A stretch of 61,895 nucleotides of DNA, counting the filler, from Choristocarpus tenellus KU-1152 (lineage: Eukaryota; Protista; Phaeophyceae), in assembly GCA_964200185.2 (NCBI GenBank). It is 12 parts of 12 records of this genome, joined end to end, with 100 filler letters (N's around TTAATTAATTAA, not from the genome) between each part and the next. Parts side by side here need not be neighbours in the genome. Positions count along the whole stretch, not along the records: positions 38,218 to 42,416 come from CAXNAD020015734.1; positions 42,517 to 57,597 come from CAXNAD020001064.1; 10 more parts are not named here. The stretch is one strand, 5' to 3'. The position numbers and the translations under genes are program-made. Numbering within the stretch: the first letter of the stretch is position 1; every line of letters begins with the position of its first letter. The notes below the pieces were generated by a model that made no database searches, had not been told where the DNA came from, and saw only the letters and a program-made list of their open reading frames with translations. Below, one piece after another: positions 38,447 through 52,338 of this stretch.

Positions 38447-40770
38447 TTCCTCCGCCTCCATAGTATACAAAACCAACTCCTGCGCTGCTTGCTGGTACGT
38501 TCCCCCCCCCCTGGCCCTAACCCGTCCACTCCTCCAGGGATTAACCTGGTAGGTGAGTTTGTAGATGAACACCCAGTTCTGCCCTTGAGAAACTCTGGCA
38601 TGGGATGACTCTGCCCCTCATCAGCAGAAAGTGGAGCAGCAGTGTCTGAGGGTCCAGCCCCTCCTCTCCCCTGATGTTTGTTCCCTGTCACCACAGTTCC
38701 TGGACTGGCCCTGTCACAACAGCAGCAGCCCAGAGTCCGTTGCTTCGGGGAGTAGGCCTTGATCAGCTTGATGGCTGCCTTATCACCCTTAATAAAAATA
38801 ATAAACAACAAGAGACAGAGGATGAAAAATTAAAATATAGATAAATCCCCCCCCCCCTCAAAAGAAAATAGCATGAAAATAAAAGTTCTTTTTTTGGGAG
38901 GCGGGGGGGGGGGGGGGGAACATGTTCAATGTAGGCGTTTTTCATCCAGTCCAATACATAGTGCTCAAGTAGAAGATAGGAAGGGAAGGGAGGTTAGGGC
39001 TGCAAAGTAGTGCAGTGACTGAAGTCTTCACACAAGCTACATAATGCATAGGCTCTCCCCATCTGTGGAGAAGAAGAGGCCCTCTCCATATAGCACATTG
39101 TCTTGAGTGCTTACAATCAACCCTTGGGGGACTGAGGTTGGTCAAAGAGAATCCCTACCGCCATCCAAGGCATTACACTTAGTGCTACCTTTAAAAAAGC
39201 ATACACAAACATAATATTTTTTCCTCAAGTTTAGTGTTACAGTTCCTAGAAGAAGAGGCGCTCCTTATCCAATACTGGCATCAGAGCATACATCCCATGT
39301 CAAAACTCCACTGGGGGTAATTGTTATCCACCATCCAAAATACAATCTTTTATTAAAAAATATATTTTTTCAAAGCCTTTTTGGAGTTAAAATCTTTCTT
39401 AACAACTGTGGACATTCTTTGACAACACTTGTCTGGTATCCCCCTCTCAGAATGACTTGACTCACTTCATATCGATCTGAAATGGCAGTAAAATCGCCCC
39501 CAGAGGTCCCATGGCATCATCAAGAAAATGCCTAACCCTAACCCTAACCCTCACCCATAGCAATGTGGTACAATGTGTGAGTATAAACATCTATCTCAAA
39601 AAAAAGAAACAAAAAAGAATTGACACGCAGAGAGCTAGATACTTTTCTTCTTTTTTTAACGGTTCGGGATGAACCGTGCACTACAGAGCCCATACCGTAA
39701 GCTCCAGAGCGCACAACATTTTGCGGCTACAGGTCGCTACAGAGCGAGAGAATCAGAAAAACAATCGTAACCTCTGCTGCGCCTTTCACTCCCAAGAAAA
39801 AAAACAAAAAAAAACAGCAGCCTTGAAGACTATTTATTTTCCACGAACAAGTCTCGAATAAAAGATCAAAAGCAATAAATAAATAAAAATAACCCCACAA
39901 GCAAAATATTTTTCACCGGCTCTTTCTCGCTCAAATATGCTCCCTTCTCTCTCTCTCTCTCTCTCTCTCTTTATTAATTGGTGATAACTGTGGCGCCCGA
40001 TCCGTCGACAATCCCAACCCGGGTTCACTTATCCACCCTGTGAAAGTCTGCTCAGCAAATAAAGAGCGATATTGAACCATTCGCCCTCCTCTTCGTGTAG
40101 AAAACTAACTCAAACGCCTGACTTCAAGTCATGAACAAGAAAACAAAAATATTTTAAAATAAAATGATCAGGGGGTTCAACAAGAAACAGCATCAACGAC
40201 ATCCCCACACTTACCCCCAGGGTTGTTTTTTTTTCAAATAAATAAATCAGCATGCGTTGAAAAAAAACAAAAAGATGAGATAAAAAAATAATAATAAATC
40301 AGCAGTTTTACCGTAATTTGGATGGCATGGTCCCTGGCGCCCACCGACATAGTGCGCAGAACTGTGGTCTAGTTGTGATCTAGTTGTGGTCTAGTTGTGA
40401 TCTAGTTGTGATCTAGTTGTGATCTAGTTGTGATCTAGCTGTGGTCTAGTTGTGATCTAGCTGTGGTCTAGTTGTGATCTAGTTGTGGTCTAGTTGTGAT
40501 CTAGCTGTGATCTAGCTGTGATCTGCGATCAACACTATACAACTCAATTAGAAACACAAAAAAAGTCATCAAAAACTGATAGGGGTTTCACTACAATTTT
40601 AAAACTTTCAGTGTACTTGGAGACACAAACGTATCTGGACACAAGCGTCACTCCATCCCATCCCTAACCCTGACCTCCTCAAAAGGCAGTCCTTCCTCAA
40701 TAAAAAGAAGGATCCGCTGTGGTTCACCACAAACCAGATACCTTACAACAACAACAACAACAACAACAAC

Positions 40771-40804
<34 letters not shown>

Positions 40805-40818
40805 TTAATAATAATAAC

Positions 40819-40853
<35 letters not shown>

Positions 40854-41069
40854 CAATAATAATAACAATAACATATAACAATAACAATAATAACAATAAT
40901 CATAGTAATAATAATAATAACAATACCTCTTTTTGCCCTTTCCCCCCCCCCCCCCTCCAAAAAAAAAAAATCCACTGTAGATCAACCCCAGATAAAAAAA
41001 TAAAGTACAAGATAACAACATGACCAAATAACAACTCTTTCATGTGCTCACAACACACAAACACACATA

Positions 41070-41110
<41 letters not shown>

Positions 41111-41231
41111 TCTCCTTGGCCAGGGACAAAGCCGTCTGTCCATCCGCATCAACAGCTGCACACATCTCCCATGGACCGGGCCCTCCCTCCTTAGCACCAT
41201 CCTCAGCCCACCGGAGGATTTGCTCCGCCAC
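38447..41231 (-). CDS. Ankyrin-repeat protein, two exons (41231-41109, 38787-38447); possibly an ankyrin-DHHC palmitoyltransferase (unverified)
   Basis: A phase-0 junction reconstitutes VDADGQTALSLAKEK|GDKAAIKLIKAY, an ankyrin consensus. Confidence 0.7.
40363..40524. repeat. 11-bp minisatellite TGTG(A/G)TCTAG(T/C), ~15 copies, intronic
   Basis: Direct reading. Confidence 0.95.
40745..40925. repeat. (AAC)n/(AAT)n microsatellite; (AC)n tracts at ~41050-41108 and ~41291-41338
   Basis: Direct reading. Confidence 0.95.
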
Positions 41232-41287
41232 CTGTTTGAGGACATTTTGAGGATATTTTGAGGATATTTCATTACAAAAAACAAATT

Positions 41288-41339
<52 letters not shown>

Positions 41340-41987
41340 GAGCATAGGCACAGCATGCAATAGACACAGCATGCAGGACAAGGGGGAGTTGGAGAGGGAG
41401 GGGGGAGGTATAAGCTGAACAAATATCAAGATATTGAGACCAAAGATGTTATAACCTCCGCCACATCAACCATCCCTTCTTACCTCTCCCATACATTTAT
41501 TACAAATAATAATAATAATAATAATAATATTTATCGAAGGTGTGTTGGGTTTTGCTTGTACTTAAGCGTAATTTTACTCAAACGCACGAGGAACAGACAT
41601 CTTCCCCACACAGGTTTGCAGACGCATGCACTCCACCTCAATAGATCGGAAAGAGAACCAGAAAGCGCAAGGGTTTCCACACCTCCAGGGGCATTAAAAT
41701 GGAAAAGTACTTGGAAGGCGGTCTCTCGAGTATGCCTCCCAATGTACAGCACTACCCAATTCGTCCAAAAAAGAGTACAACACACAACACATTGAGCATT
41801 ACCACTCTAACTCCACCCAATCAGTTATCAACGCAGGGAACCGTCTCACCCGGAACAGGACTGGAACGGCGCTATCATCCCCCCCTAACCCTAACCCTTC
41901 ACAAGTAAAACACAAAAAAATCAATCACTGCACCCTACACGGCGTGGACGCCATCGGCAAGATTAGACACAGAACAGTTTCCTGTGC

Positions 41988-42022
<35 letters not shown>

Positions 42023-42769
42023 ACTCTCAAACCAACGATCCGACCCAGGCTTTCCCACCAAGCAGTGCACTACTCTCAAGTACCTTTTTGAACTACCATA
42101 ATCGTAGAGCAACTCCAAAAACACAATGTCCAGTCAAGGTATACCTCAAATTGTCACACTGATACGAGGTACTCCTAGACCATCTCCAATGCCACACTGA
42201 ACAAGGGTATACCTTCACCATGCCGATTTGAAAAAACAGGGCCACGCCAAGCCTCTACAACTCTCCATATGCAGAACACTTCTGACACAGAAAAGCCTAC
42301 ACAGTTGCCCGGAACTCCTCTGGTGCTTCCCCCCCCCCCCCCCCCCCCGCCATCAAACGAAACCACCAAAAACAAAGAACAACCCCCGCCCCCCGTCCTT
42401 GGGCCGACACCCAAGCNNNNNNNNNNNNNNNNNNNNNNNNNNNNNNNNNNNNNNNNNNNNTTAATTAATTAANNNNNNNNNNNNNNNNNNNNNNNNNNNN
42501 NNNNNNNNNNNNNNNNAGTCCTTGCCAACTGCCATTGCATTCTAGTGCACAGCTATCTTGATGCCAGAACAGACAATAATTGTAAGCCACATGCCCACTT
42601 ACATCCCCAGTACGTTTGCTCCAACAGCACCCACAGACCCCACCAAAAGCACCCCTCCTGCTCCCAAATACCAATTGCACCCCACATACAAATATTCAAT
42701 GCGACAGGTAGGACTATGATTATTTTCCCTTACAGTTGGGTGAGATACCAACATGGAAGAGATACCCAC

Positions 42770-45700
42770 CTGGAAGCTGCCTTTACCGGCCCTTTTTCAT
42801 CCTCCCCAGCCTGATAGAGTATTGCTTGCATAGTGACAAGGTCAATCATGCCCCGGAATGAGTTTGAAACACCCACAGGTATCTGGGCATCAAGGATGCA
42901 TGCAGCCGACAGATGGTGCATCCCAAACATTAGATTCAGGAGAGAGCCAGGGTGACAATCAGGGGAAGGGGGGGTGGGTAGGTATAATTGGAGTGATGGA
43001 TTGGGGGAAGAGCACAACAGAAGCGATCAACAAGGGTCAGGCAATGTCTAAGACCTCAGGTGTGCCAGGATGGCCTGGTCCCCATCATCCACTCCTAGCA
43101 GAGGTCAATGGAGGGGGATGGACGGGTCTGAGGGGAAGAGGATGCAATATTAATAGTCTTATTAATACTATTATTAGTACTGTATCTTGCTGTCAAAGCC
43201 ACCTTTAATGGGGAGTCAACCCTGTTGCAATGTGGCTACCCATCAGATGGGATGAGTTAAGAAACATCAGGGTGTAAGGAGGGGGAGGACAGGATGATTG
43301 GCACAGTGAAAGCAACATCTGAAAATGAAGCCATGGTTTTCCTTCAGTAAAGATGATACACAGAAGTTGCTGCATGGTGCTCAAACTGCAGGCTGATTGA
43401 TGCACACCTGGAGCACTAATGGGGCAATGGTTTGGTGTACAGATCTACAGACATAAAACAGCATCATGGCAACATGACACTATGACTGTAGTCGAGTAGA
43501 AAGACATAGTGATCTATCTGCATGAATGTGTCCAACATTTATAGTACAATACTCAAAGAAGAATCACCCCCAAAAGCAATAACAAAATGAATTGTAGGAG
43601 GATCTCAAAAGCTGTACGGGTAAAAACAGTGAATCGTGTTGCACATACTTCGTCTGGGATGGGAGTTTTATCCAGTTGCAGTAAAGGCAGACTTACTATT
43701 ATCAGCTACATTCCACTTGTAGGAAGGCAGCACATCAGGATGTCCAAAAGGTAGTCTGTCTCTGAATATACTGCACCCCCCCCAAAAGTATCACGTACTA
43801 TGAAACGCGATGGTGAATACCACTTGCATTTTAACCTGGTGTGGATTTGTGTAGTCACCTATCATAACCCTACCTGTGACCCAGTTGAGGTGAGGTGACC
43901 ACATGGAACACCATTTACGCAAATATATCAAACAACCACAAAGAATATCACAGATTTTGTAGGGGCAGACTTGTCATTTGTACCTACACAATCAACCACA
44001 AGCATGTGCCAAGGAAAGCATAATTTACACCACATCCATGTGCTTGGTGGTACTAGATCAGTACCGAGAACCTTACAGGTCTGCCTATGGCAACTGCAAC
44101 ATCAACACCCCATCCATTATCGGTACTATTTACATTTCTCTAATCTTGCCCTCCCCTCCATCCATTCATCTCATACCTGCAAGGCTAATGGGGTTACCCC
44201 AAGTCGTTTTTCCATGCTGCTCAGCACAAGGTCAAGATTTGCTCCATCCCTATCCATCTTGTTCACGAAGGCCATTGCAGGGATTGCTTGTCTATTAGCC
44301 ATGCGCCACACCGTTTCTGATTTGGGGAGTGGTCAAGTCAAGCCAACCAGCGGACATGTGAGGGATCCAGGGGATATTGAAGAGTAGCAGGGTCGTTATC
44401 CTTGCATGCAGGTACTACATGGCAGTATTCATAATTCAATCGTACCATCGTGTTATAAATAGAGCAATTTGATATTGTTACTCCAACCACTTGAATTTTG
44501 TCACAAGTCCCACACTACTCTAGATTGCTAGGACATGGCCTAGTAACAGTGAGAGCATTTTCATCCTGCAGTCAGCATCATACCTGTAGATATACGAAAC
44601 CACTATTTCTGAGAGGTATTTGTGGGAAACACGAAGATAGCTATCCTTGTTATAGAAAATATTAAGAGGACCAGCATAGATGGGCTACAACCCCAGCACC
44701 TGCATGTAACAGCACAGACAATAACAATCACCCTACCATTTGAACTAACGTAACTTTGAAGCCCTGTAATACCATTCCAAATTCAGTTCATTCGAATTCG
44801 GCTGCAAGATGTGTGCCCATTTGAGTCATTGATCACACCATTTAGTGCTTGAAATAACTGTTAAAGTTGTTTTTTAGCAATGAACGGCCATCCCACTAAT
44901 GCGCTAGCGGTGCCGAAGTTGAAATACAAATGATGTGTAGATCGGCACCAGACCAGCTGTCTGCTTACAATACCACGACCAAGACAACTGCACGGCATTA
45001 CACTACAAACAGCAAACGAGTTGGCTCTGTTTTCCGAAGTCTATGGAAGTAGTCAGAGATCCCTCTTCATATATTAAGGCTTAGGGAATGCACGTACCCA
45101 TAACCACTGGACAAACGAGAACAATCTGAAAGCCATAATCTTCTACAATGTTAGTAGTCGCTCTTTTCAACATTTAGGGACGAGCTCCATTTCCAGCTAT
45201 AGCACACTTACCTACCTGTCTGAGCTTGGACCCCTGCAACTCCGTCAAGCACCAGCGCTGCACCATCAAGCACCCTCACGCAACGCTCCACCTCGATGCC
45301 AAAGTCAACATGCCCTGGAGTATCAATGACATTGATGCGCACCCCCTCCCATTCTACAGTCACCGAGGCACTTTGAATGGTGATCCCCCGCTCCCGCTCC
45401 TGGGGCATGAAATCCGTTACTGTATCTCCAGTGTCTACTGATCCCTGTTCATCAGTTGGGGGGACGACATGATTGTAAACTGCCCTGCTTGACGTGGACG
45501 CTCTTCTATCGCATGGGCTTCACCTAGGGGGACCACCTTCCAAAATCTCCGTTATATCTTGTTTCTTCTGTTAAAAGCGAAATTGAACCAACACATGAAA
45601 ACGATTGACACTCGCCTGCCTCCAAGTTGGGAAGCACGAGACCCAGCTCGGATATTATACTCTGAATTATGAATTACTCAGATGTCGGACGTATATATTC

Positions 45701-46014
45701 AGACACAGGTAAGTCTTGCAACACACCTGGTATCTTGTTTTCCCTGTGAGATAGAGGATTCGCTCGGTTGTTGTTGTCTTTCCAGCATCAATATGGGCAA
45801 TGATCCCTATGTTTCGCACACTCCGAATCCTCTTTGCCAACGCTTCACGCAATGGGTCCAGATCTCCCGAGTCGCTCGATCTTGCGGTACTGAATGCCAC
45901 CCATGAAGTTTGCCTTGCATGGACAAGGTCACTGAGGAAGAAGTCTCTTCTGAAAACACCTCGTACCAAGAGTGGCTGTCCACTCCTGAAGAGTCGAGGT
46001 AGTAATGGTGGCAT
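42770..46014 (-). CDS. GFM2: Mitochondrial elongation factor G2 / ribosome-releasing factor 2, 5' part (exons 46014-45727, 45444-45216, 44316-44177, 42882-42770)
   Basis: Arg-rich presequence; G1 AHIDAGKTT; [21 protein letters not shown]; G3 DTPGHVDF; G4 NKMD; all junctions phase-consistent. GDTVTDFM is EF-G2-like. Confidence 0.85.
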
Positions 46015-46404
46015 CTTGAGCTATAATGTATTCTTGTAGCTATCGAGCAACATCAACATAGGAAGATTAGCGATGTGGTACGGCAAGAATAAGAATACCC
46101 TGGAATGGAGATCGAAAGGACTTGACATCTAAGCAAAAGCAAGACAGGTTAACCATGTATGGTCAATCCATATACTATCTGTCCCACAAACAGGAGTTCC
46201 ATTGATTTCAAAAAGGCATCTTCTGTGGTGTACATCAATATATGGTTCCTATAGTGTAATTACTATTACTAGTATATACTATAATGCATATTCATTCTAT
46301 TGTAGTACTACTATGTCGAAATATATTCTGTAACTGATCATGCTTTCAGTTGGAGCTCGGAGCATTGCTCTGAGCAATCTTCATGTTTGTATAAGTTTAA
46401 CGAT
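46015..46404. promoter_or_regulatory. Probable bidirectional promoter between GFM2 and PP2C
   Basis: Only 390 nt between divergent ATGs; AT-rich core with palindromes tagtatatacta and gtagtactac. Confidence 0.45.
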
Positions 46405-49400
46405 ATGAGCGAGGAGATGGTGTTCGGGCTCTCATTTCCATGCGTAGGAGTACTGGACGACGGGATCTTTGATCTGGGAATTGAGGATGAAGGGATGGCT
46501 CTCGCACCCAATAGACACTCAGATTTCTCTGTGCCGCAAACGCAAGAGGAGGCCCTCAGCCCAGACTCCTTGGATGTCGCCCTACTCGAGTTTCCATCGA
46601 CAGCAACTCAGAGTGGGGATAGTAATTTGAGCCTTTCCAACTCACTTCATAGGGATGACCACTCTATACATCTCAACGATGAGTCAGTTGTCTTGGAGGC
46701 ACGAGATTTGATCCTGAGGGATTTGATTGCAGAGACTTCTGGCTTCCCCTTCTATTCGAATACTTGCCTTAAACCTGGAGACGTTCTCGACGGTCTGGAC
46801 CCGATTCCATGCCGTCAACACGATCTGACTTGCGGTGGCGGTGTCGTATCAGCAACTGCACCAGTATTTGGAGGGATGTTAGCTAAGCCAAGCATTTGCG
46901 ATGATGACTGTAGTCCCTCCATCCTTAGCAAGGTGGGCAAGATGACTGTACGACCACGATCATTGCACGGTGTGCCACGATCTAATAATTGCGTGAGCGG
47001 GAAGACTATTGAAAGTCCTCCAACTGAAGCGAGACACAGTGATAGAAGACACCACGGGGATAAAGATTGTTACCGCACTACGCAAGAGGGCAGAGTGCTT
47101 ACTCCGAACGAGGTTTCAAGCTTGAAGCAATCATCAAGTTCTCGTCAAACTACTGCCAATTCCAATCCAACTAGCAGTTCAACCACGTCCAGCTCTTTAC
47201 AGCCAGAAAGCAAGGACAGCGTATCTGCCGATACCCATGGTTTGCCGTTTGCTGAAAAGTCAGGGAGGCAGATTGCCTTGTTGGAAATGCAATGCTTGAA
47301 ACCTCAGGCACAGGCTAGTTCCTCCCATCCAATTTTTTCCCCTCATCGTACGAGTAGTTCAAGGACAGGATTGAGTAAGATAGGGTGCGAGCAAGCGATG
47401 CACTCCTTGATTGAAAAAGAAGAGAGAGATAAAAGTGAAGGTGGAAAGGGCTTGGAAGATGAGTATGAAGGAGAAAGGAAGGAGGGGAGAGGGGATGACA
47501 ACAACACTGAGGAGTTCATTGATCAAATTTCTGGGATACATTGTACTGTGGCAAGGCAGCTCAAGTGTGCGGATGAGCTTCTCAAGCGTAGGAATTTCTT
47601 CTATGTGGACACTACGTATAGATCACATAACCTGTCAGGGCATGCCAAGGCCCGTAAGGGGAGCTGGGGTGGGCAAGGAGGAAAACATTTTAGTGGCAGA
47701 CACCGTAAGGGCTTGTGGATGGATAATCAAGGAACCACTCATTCCCGCATCAATCTTGCAGGCCTATGGTCATCTGCAGGGGGAAGAAAGCGAACCGTAG
47801 GGCTTCACACGATACCAGGAATCAAGGTGATAAAGCTCCATGCACTCTTAAATTCTACCCATGACCACATTGCAAGACAAAGATGATGCTCCTCAGAAAT
47901 CCTCACCACATATTCCTTCAGAATCAAATTCCACAATGAAAGCTACCTGCTGCATAACCCTTGGAAGTTTCCATTTCACAGTGCTGAACTCTGCATCCCA
48001 CCATGGTGAGTAGAAGCAATAATAGTATGTTACAAATCTCAACGCCAGCCCAGATGCACGACCCTGGATGGAGGTGCCAGGATGCCATGCTCGCCATAGC
48101 ACCCTTCAATCGCAATGACTGTCAGGCCCTATTTGCAGTTTTTGATGGTAAGTTGGTGACCACCAATGCATGTCTTCCCTGGCAAACCTCTTTGTACATT
48201 GCTTCTAGATCTAGGTTCCAGTCCCTTTCTTGCAGTGGGAATTGTTGTTGACCGTTCAGGAGCAGACGACAATTCAAAAGTTAGGTGTATTACTTGTATC
48301 CCTCTCTTCTGCTCCTCTTTTCATTTGAACAAAAAGAAGATTACAGCTGAGTCAAATGTGCACATTAGTTGTTCCATAGGCAGTTTCCAGTACGCTGCAC
48401 TGTAGACTTGACTGGTTGTAACGAACTAAATTGTGATAGCCTCTGTCATGGGTTGTCCAGGATATTGGGCAGCAAGAGCAGAAAGTTTGACCTGTAGCGA
48501 AGCCTAAAGTAGCAATAAAATGGCATAACTTGTTTCCCAATGAAAAGGTCACGGCCCCTATGGACGGCAAGTTGCACAAGGATCCATGGAATGCCTACCC
48601 AAGTATCTTGCTGCAGGAATTTGCCGTGGGGGAGTCCCTCAAGCCTTCAGGCAAGTAAAGTTCCTTCATGCAACTTGAACGCTACAGGTAGTTGCACAGT
48701 CATCTCCACACTTGGTGTCCACCAATTCCTCCTCCTCACTGCTTCAACCACTGCCACCACTGCCCCCATCATCTATTGCTACAATAAAGACGTGCTTGCC
48801 AAAACCTGCACCGTAAGATGGTCTCTGGGATGGTTGGGGACTGTACACATAGTGGTACAACCATGTGTGCCGTGTACCTCGAGGGCACGCGACTGACAGT
48901 CGCCAATGTTGGAGACTCAGGTTGCTGCCGGATACGTCGACTATGTGCACCCTCAATACACACTGAGGGCAGAGAAGGAGAATGTACTGAAACTGACAGT
49001 GGAAGAGGCAGGGGTGGAGGCAATGATGGTGGTAGGAGCAGTCACAGCCAGCAAGTGGTGGCAGAGCGCCTAACTCGTGACCATAAACCCCACCAGAAAA
49101 AAGAGCTTGCCCGGATCCAGGCAAGTGGTGGGGTGGTGTCTCCTCTTCCCACAAACCGCAGTGAAACAGAGAGAGTGAGAAATTTGGTAGAGGAAGGCAA
49201 TGAGGGTGGTGGAAATCCAACTCATTCTCAGGATGGAACTTTCCATGTCCCAAGAGTGTGGCTGCGGAGTGGGGAGGGACCAGGCCTGGCCATGAGTCGT
49301 TCAATTGGAGATAAGGTGAGATGGGTGTTCAAGGAACTCTTAATTTGAATCGTCACTTAGGGTGAAGAGAAAGACATCCAGTTCTGGTACCAAGCTGAAT

Positions 49401-50411
49401 CAAGCCCCATTCCTCACACTAAATTTGTTTCTCCCCTCAGTTCAACAGTTGTTTGTTTAGAGTTCTCTTATCATTGGATAACGTTTCAGCATTCAAACAA
49501 GTGTGTACACTATTCTGCGAAATCACCGTGGATAATTTGACCTGAAATAACAGACTGAATTAGGGTGTCTAGTGAGACTGCACTCACATCATGTTTATCA
49601 TCTTTTACCTGAACCATCACAAGACAGATGAAGGAACACTCCTTTGTTAACTCAACTCAATGGGAGACCAATGTGCATGCATGCAAATAATCACTCTTCC
49701 CTCTCTCTCTACCACACACACACACATGTGAAATACTTGTATACAGCATCCAGGCAGTCCAAACCCACAACCTGTCCTTGTCCTGACAGGTGGCACACAG
49801 TGTTGGGGTAACCCATGAACCAGAATTGACTGAGCTCGAGCTTTGTGGGACGACAGACCTTATGCTTGTCTTGGCTTCTGATGGGGTGTGGGATGTTCTG
49901 AACTTGGAAGATGTCCGTAAGGTACCCAGCTTACCAAGTTGCTAAAGGGATTGGGACATTGAACTTCTACCCAAGAGCAGAGAATGGGTTGGCTAAGTGG
50001 GAGGGAGGCCTCATGTCAGCAGTGCATAGTTGAGCAGCATGTGTGACCTACTCAACACTCATATTTCACATTCAAGCAAGTACTCCTCTGCACCATTCTC
50101 CCACAGAACAGAACTGCTGTGATTTCACCTCATAACTGATTGATATAGTGTGTCTTACTTTCCCATCTCAAGCCACTGACTGTGATCCTGTTGATTTGCA
50201 TCTCAACTACACACAGATTGCTCTGCCACACTTACTGAACAAGAATTGGAGTCCTGGTGCCATCAGTACTGACATTTGTGAACGGGCACACAAGAAGTGG
50301 GGTGCAATCACGTGCAGAGGTTCTGATGATATCAGCTGCATGGTGGTGAAAACCTCACAAATACTCAAACAGGCATTTGCAAAAAATGTCGACACTCTTC
50401 CACAGTTGTGA
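46405..50411 (+). CDS. Protein phosphatase 2C (PPM family) with a long low-complexity N-terminus (exons 46405-47826, 48054-48147, 48548-48650, 48790-49315, 49790-49921, 50217-50411)
   Basis: CQD, FAVFD|GHG, SGTT, ANVGDS, LTRDHKP, GLAMSRSIGD, LASDGVWD and DDIS motifs occur in order. Confidence 0.92.
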
Positions 50412-51232
50412 TGCATGCAGTTTGAAGTATGCTTCACTTTTCGCAAAAAGTGCTCTAATTTTCTCAATACCCACAGCATGATGTATCTTGTTCATACCCT
50501 ATTTCCTATATATTCAGAGCAATCCCTCCATCTGCTACAAGTGGAGAGCAGGAAGTACTGCCAGTTCATACATATAACAGGAGTTCCTACCTTGGTGGTC
50601 TAATGCCACACAACAAGCATCTCATCACACTAGAGCTATGATGATGGCAACGGGGGAAAATACACTTCTCATCTCTGTCCAACAAACCCCTTTACCACTA
50701 CTACCATCCAAAGGGATACCATGGGGGACACCTGCTACAGTGGGTTGCACTGGTTTTGCTGTGCTGATCTACAACCATGGTCACTCCATGCGACAAATAG
50801 GGGTCAGGCGTTGAGTCCTTGGCAACAAATTTACATACTGACAAGAATTGCAGTTCTCACACGATATTTTGAAAAGGTTTATTGTGCCTCCCCTCCAAAG
50901 TAGCAGTAATAGCACACTTGGATAATCCCTTCTGTAAATGCATCCCTCCCTCTCTGTATGTAAGAGAAACTTGATGCATCTGGTCACTCTTCAACACAGA
51001 ATCTCCTGGCAACTGAGGGTGATTTATCTTTTGCACTAATGAAAGAAATTCAGTCATAAATGTTGTTGATAGGACCACTCCTCTGTACTATTGAACACTA
51101 GCACGAGGTTGAAATATATGAACAAAAAATGTCAGCAAGATGAAAAACGTACTGTTGCTGTGCACTTTAAAGCAACATTAGGATAAGACCGAAGTGATGT
51201 AACAAGAAATATATATGTGGTCCACCTTCCAG

Positions 51233-52338
51233 CTAGTCCATAGCTGGATTAGCTTGGAATGCTTTGACAGCAAAAGAACTCCCACAGCCACAGGCGTTTT
51301 CTGAGTTGGGGTTATTCACCACTGCAAACGCACTCCGCATCATGTCTTCTTGAAAGTCCACAGTGGCTCCGCGTACAAAATCCATTGATGTATGATCTAC
51401 AACCAGTGTGGCTCCATCTCGTTCAAACATGCTGCACAAGAGGGGGAGAGCGTGAGTTGCACGGATTTGAGAAGTATACAGTTTGAAGTACATCAACCAC
51501 TCACATTCGATTAAACCGATGTTTCCATCATTAAAAAAAAATCACATGTTGGTTGTTTGATTGTTCAAAAACCACCCAAGCGAGGTTAGAGGTAGGACCA
51601 TGCAGTTAGCTGCCTGAGCGCCATCATCAACAGCAGACTTTCAGGGTTAAATGGTCCTTAAGACTGGACCTACCAGTCTGGTAAGTCCTCGTCATCACTG
51701 TCCTCATCTCGGTCTCCATCCTGGTCATGGCTAACGGAACTATCTTCCAGTTCGAAGTGGTATTGGAATCCAGAACAACCTCCACCCTGGACTGCCAAAC
51801 GTAGACGGAGGCCAGGCTCGGCTCTCCCCTCCCGCAGCTCGTTCAACCTCTGCGAGAAAGCGCGTCGTGAGTTGAGTACCATGTACAAGGGAGTGGAACA
51901 AAAGTAATTGACCAAATCTTCGGTAATTGCCCTGGTGCAGTCAAACATTTCCCCGCCTCAACAGGTGCCGATTTGCGCCCGCCACAATCAAATGCAAGAC
52001 TCTTTGCGCCGATTGAAGCATCCCATAAAATATTGTGCCTAAGCGTTCCACCCACCATCTCATCTCACCTCTGCGCATCGTTTTGTGACTATGACAGCAT
52101 CCCCAAAAAGGTCAGGCATAGAACTAAGCTCTTTTATCGCAATCCAGTAGCTTGCCTCAAGCCGCCCCACGTTCTTCAATGATTGTCCCCGACCTAAGCT
52201 GATGTCCACAATGCATCGTGGACGCGTACGCGATCCCGTGGAAGACCCCAATCCCCTCCTATCTAGCACCAATCGCCTAGGTAGCAACATCTTCGGGACG
52301 AAGTTCCTCTGCAACCATTGAAAACTAGAAGCATGCAT
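51233..52338 (-). CDS. ISCA2: Iron-sulfur cluster assembly A-type carrier, mitochondrial (exons 52338-52069, 51849-51674, 51431-51233)
   Basis: LRLAVQGGGCSGFQY and VVNNPNSENACGCGSSF HesB/IscA motifs; presequence-like N-terminus; phase-consistent introns. Confidence 0.9.

Noticed and set aside
40363-40524. CRISPR-like array
   Set aside because: Units abut with no unique spacers, the context is a eukaryotic intron, and there are no cas genes.
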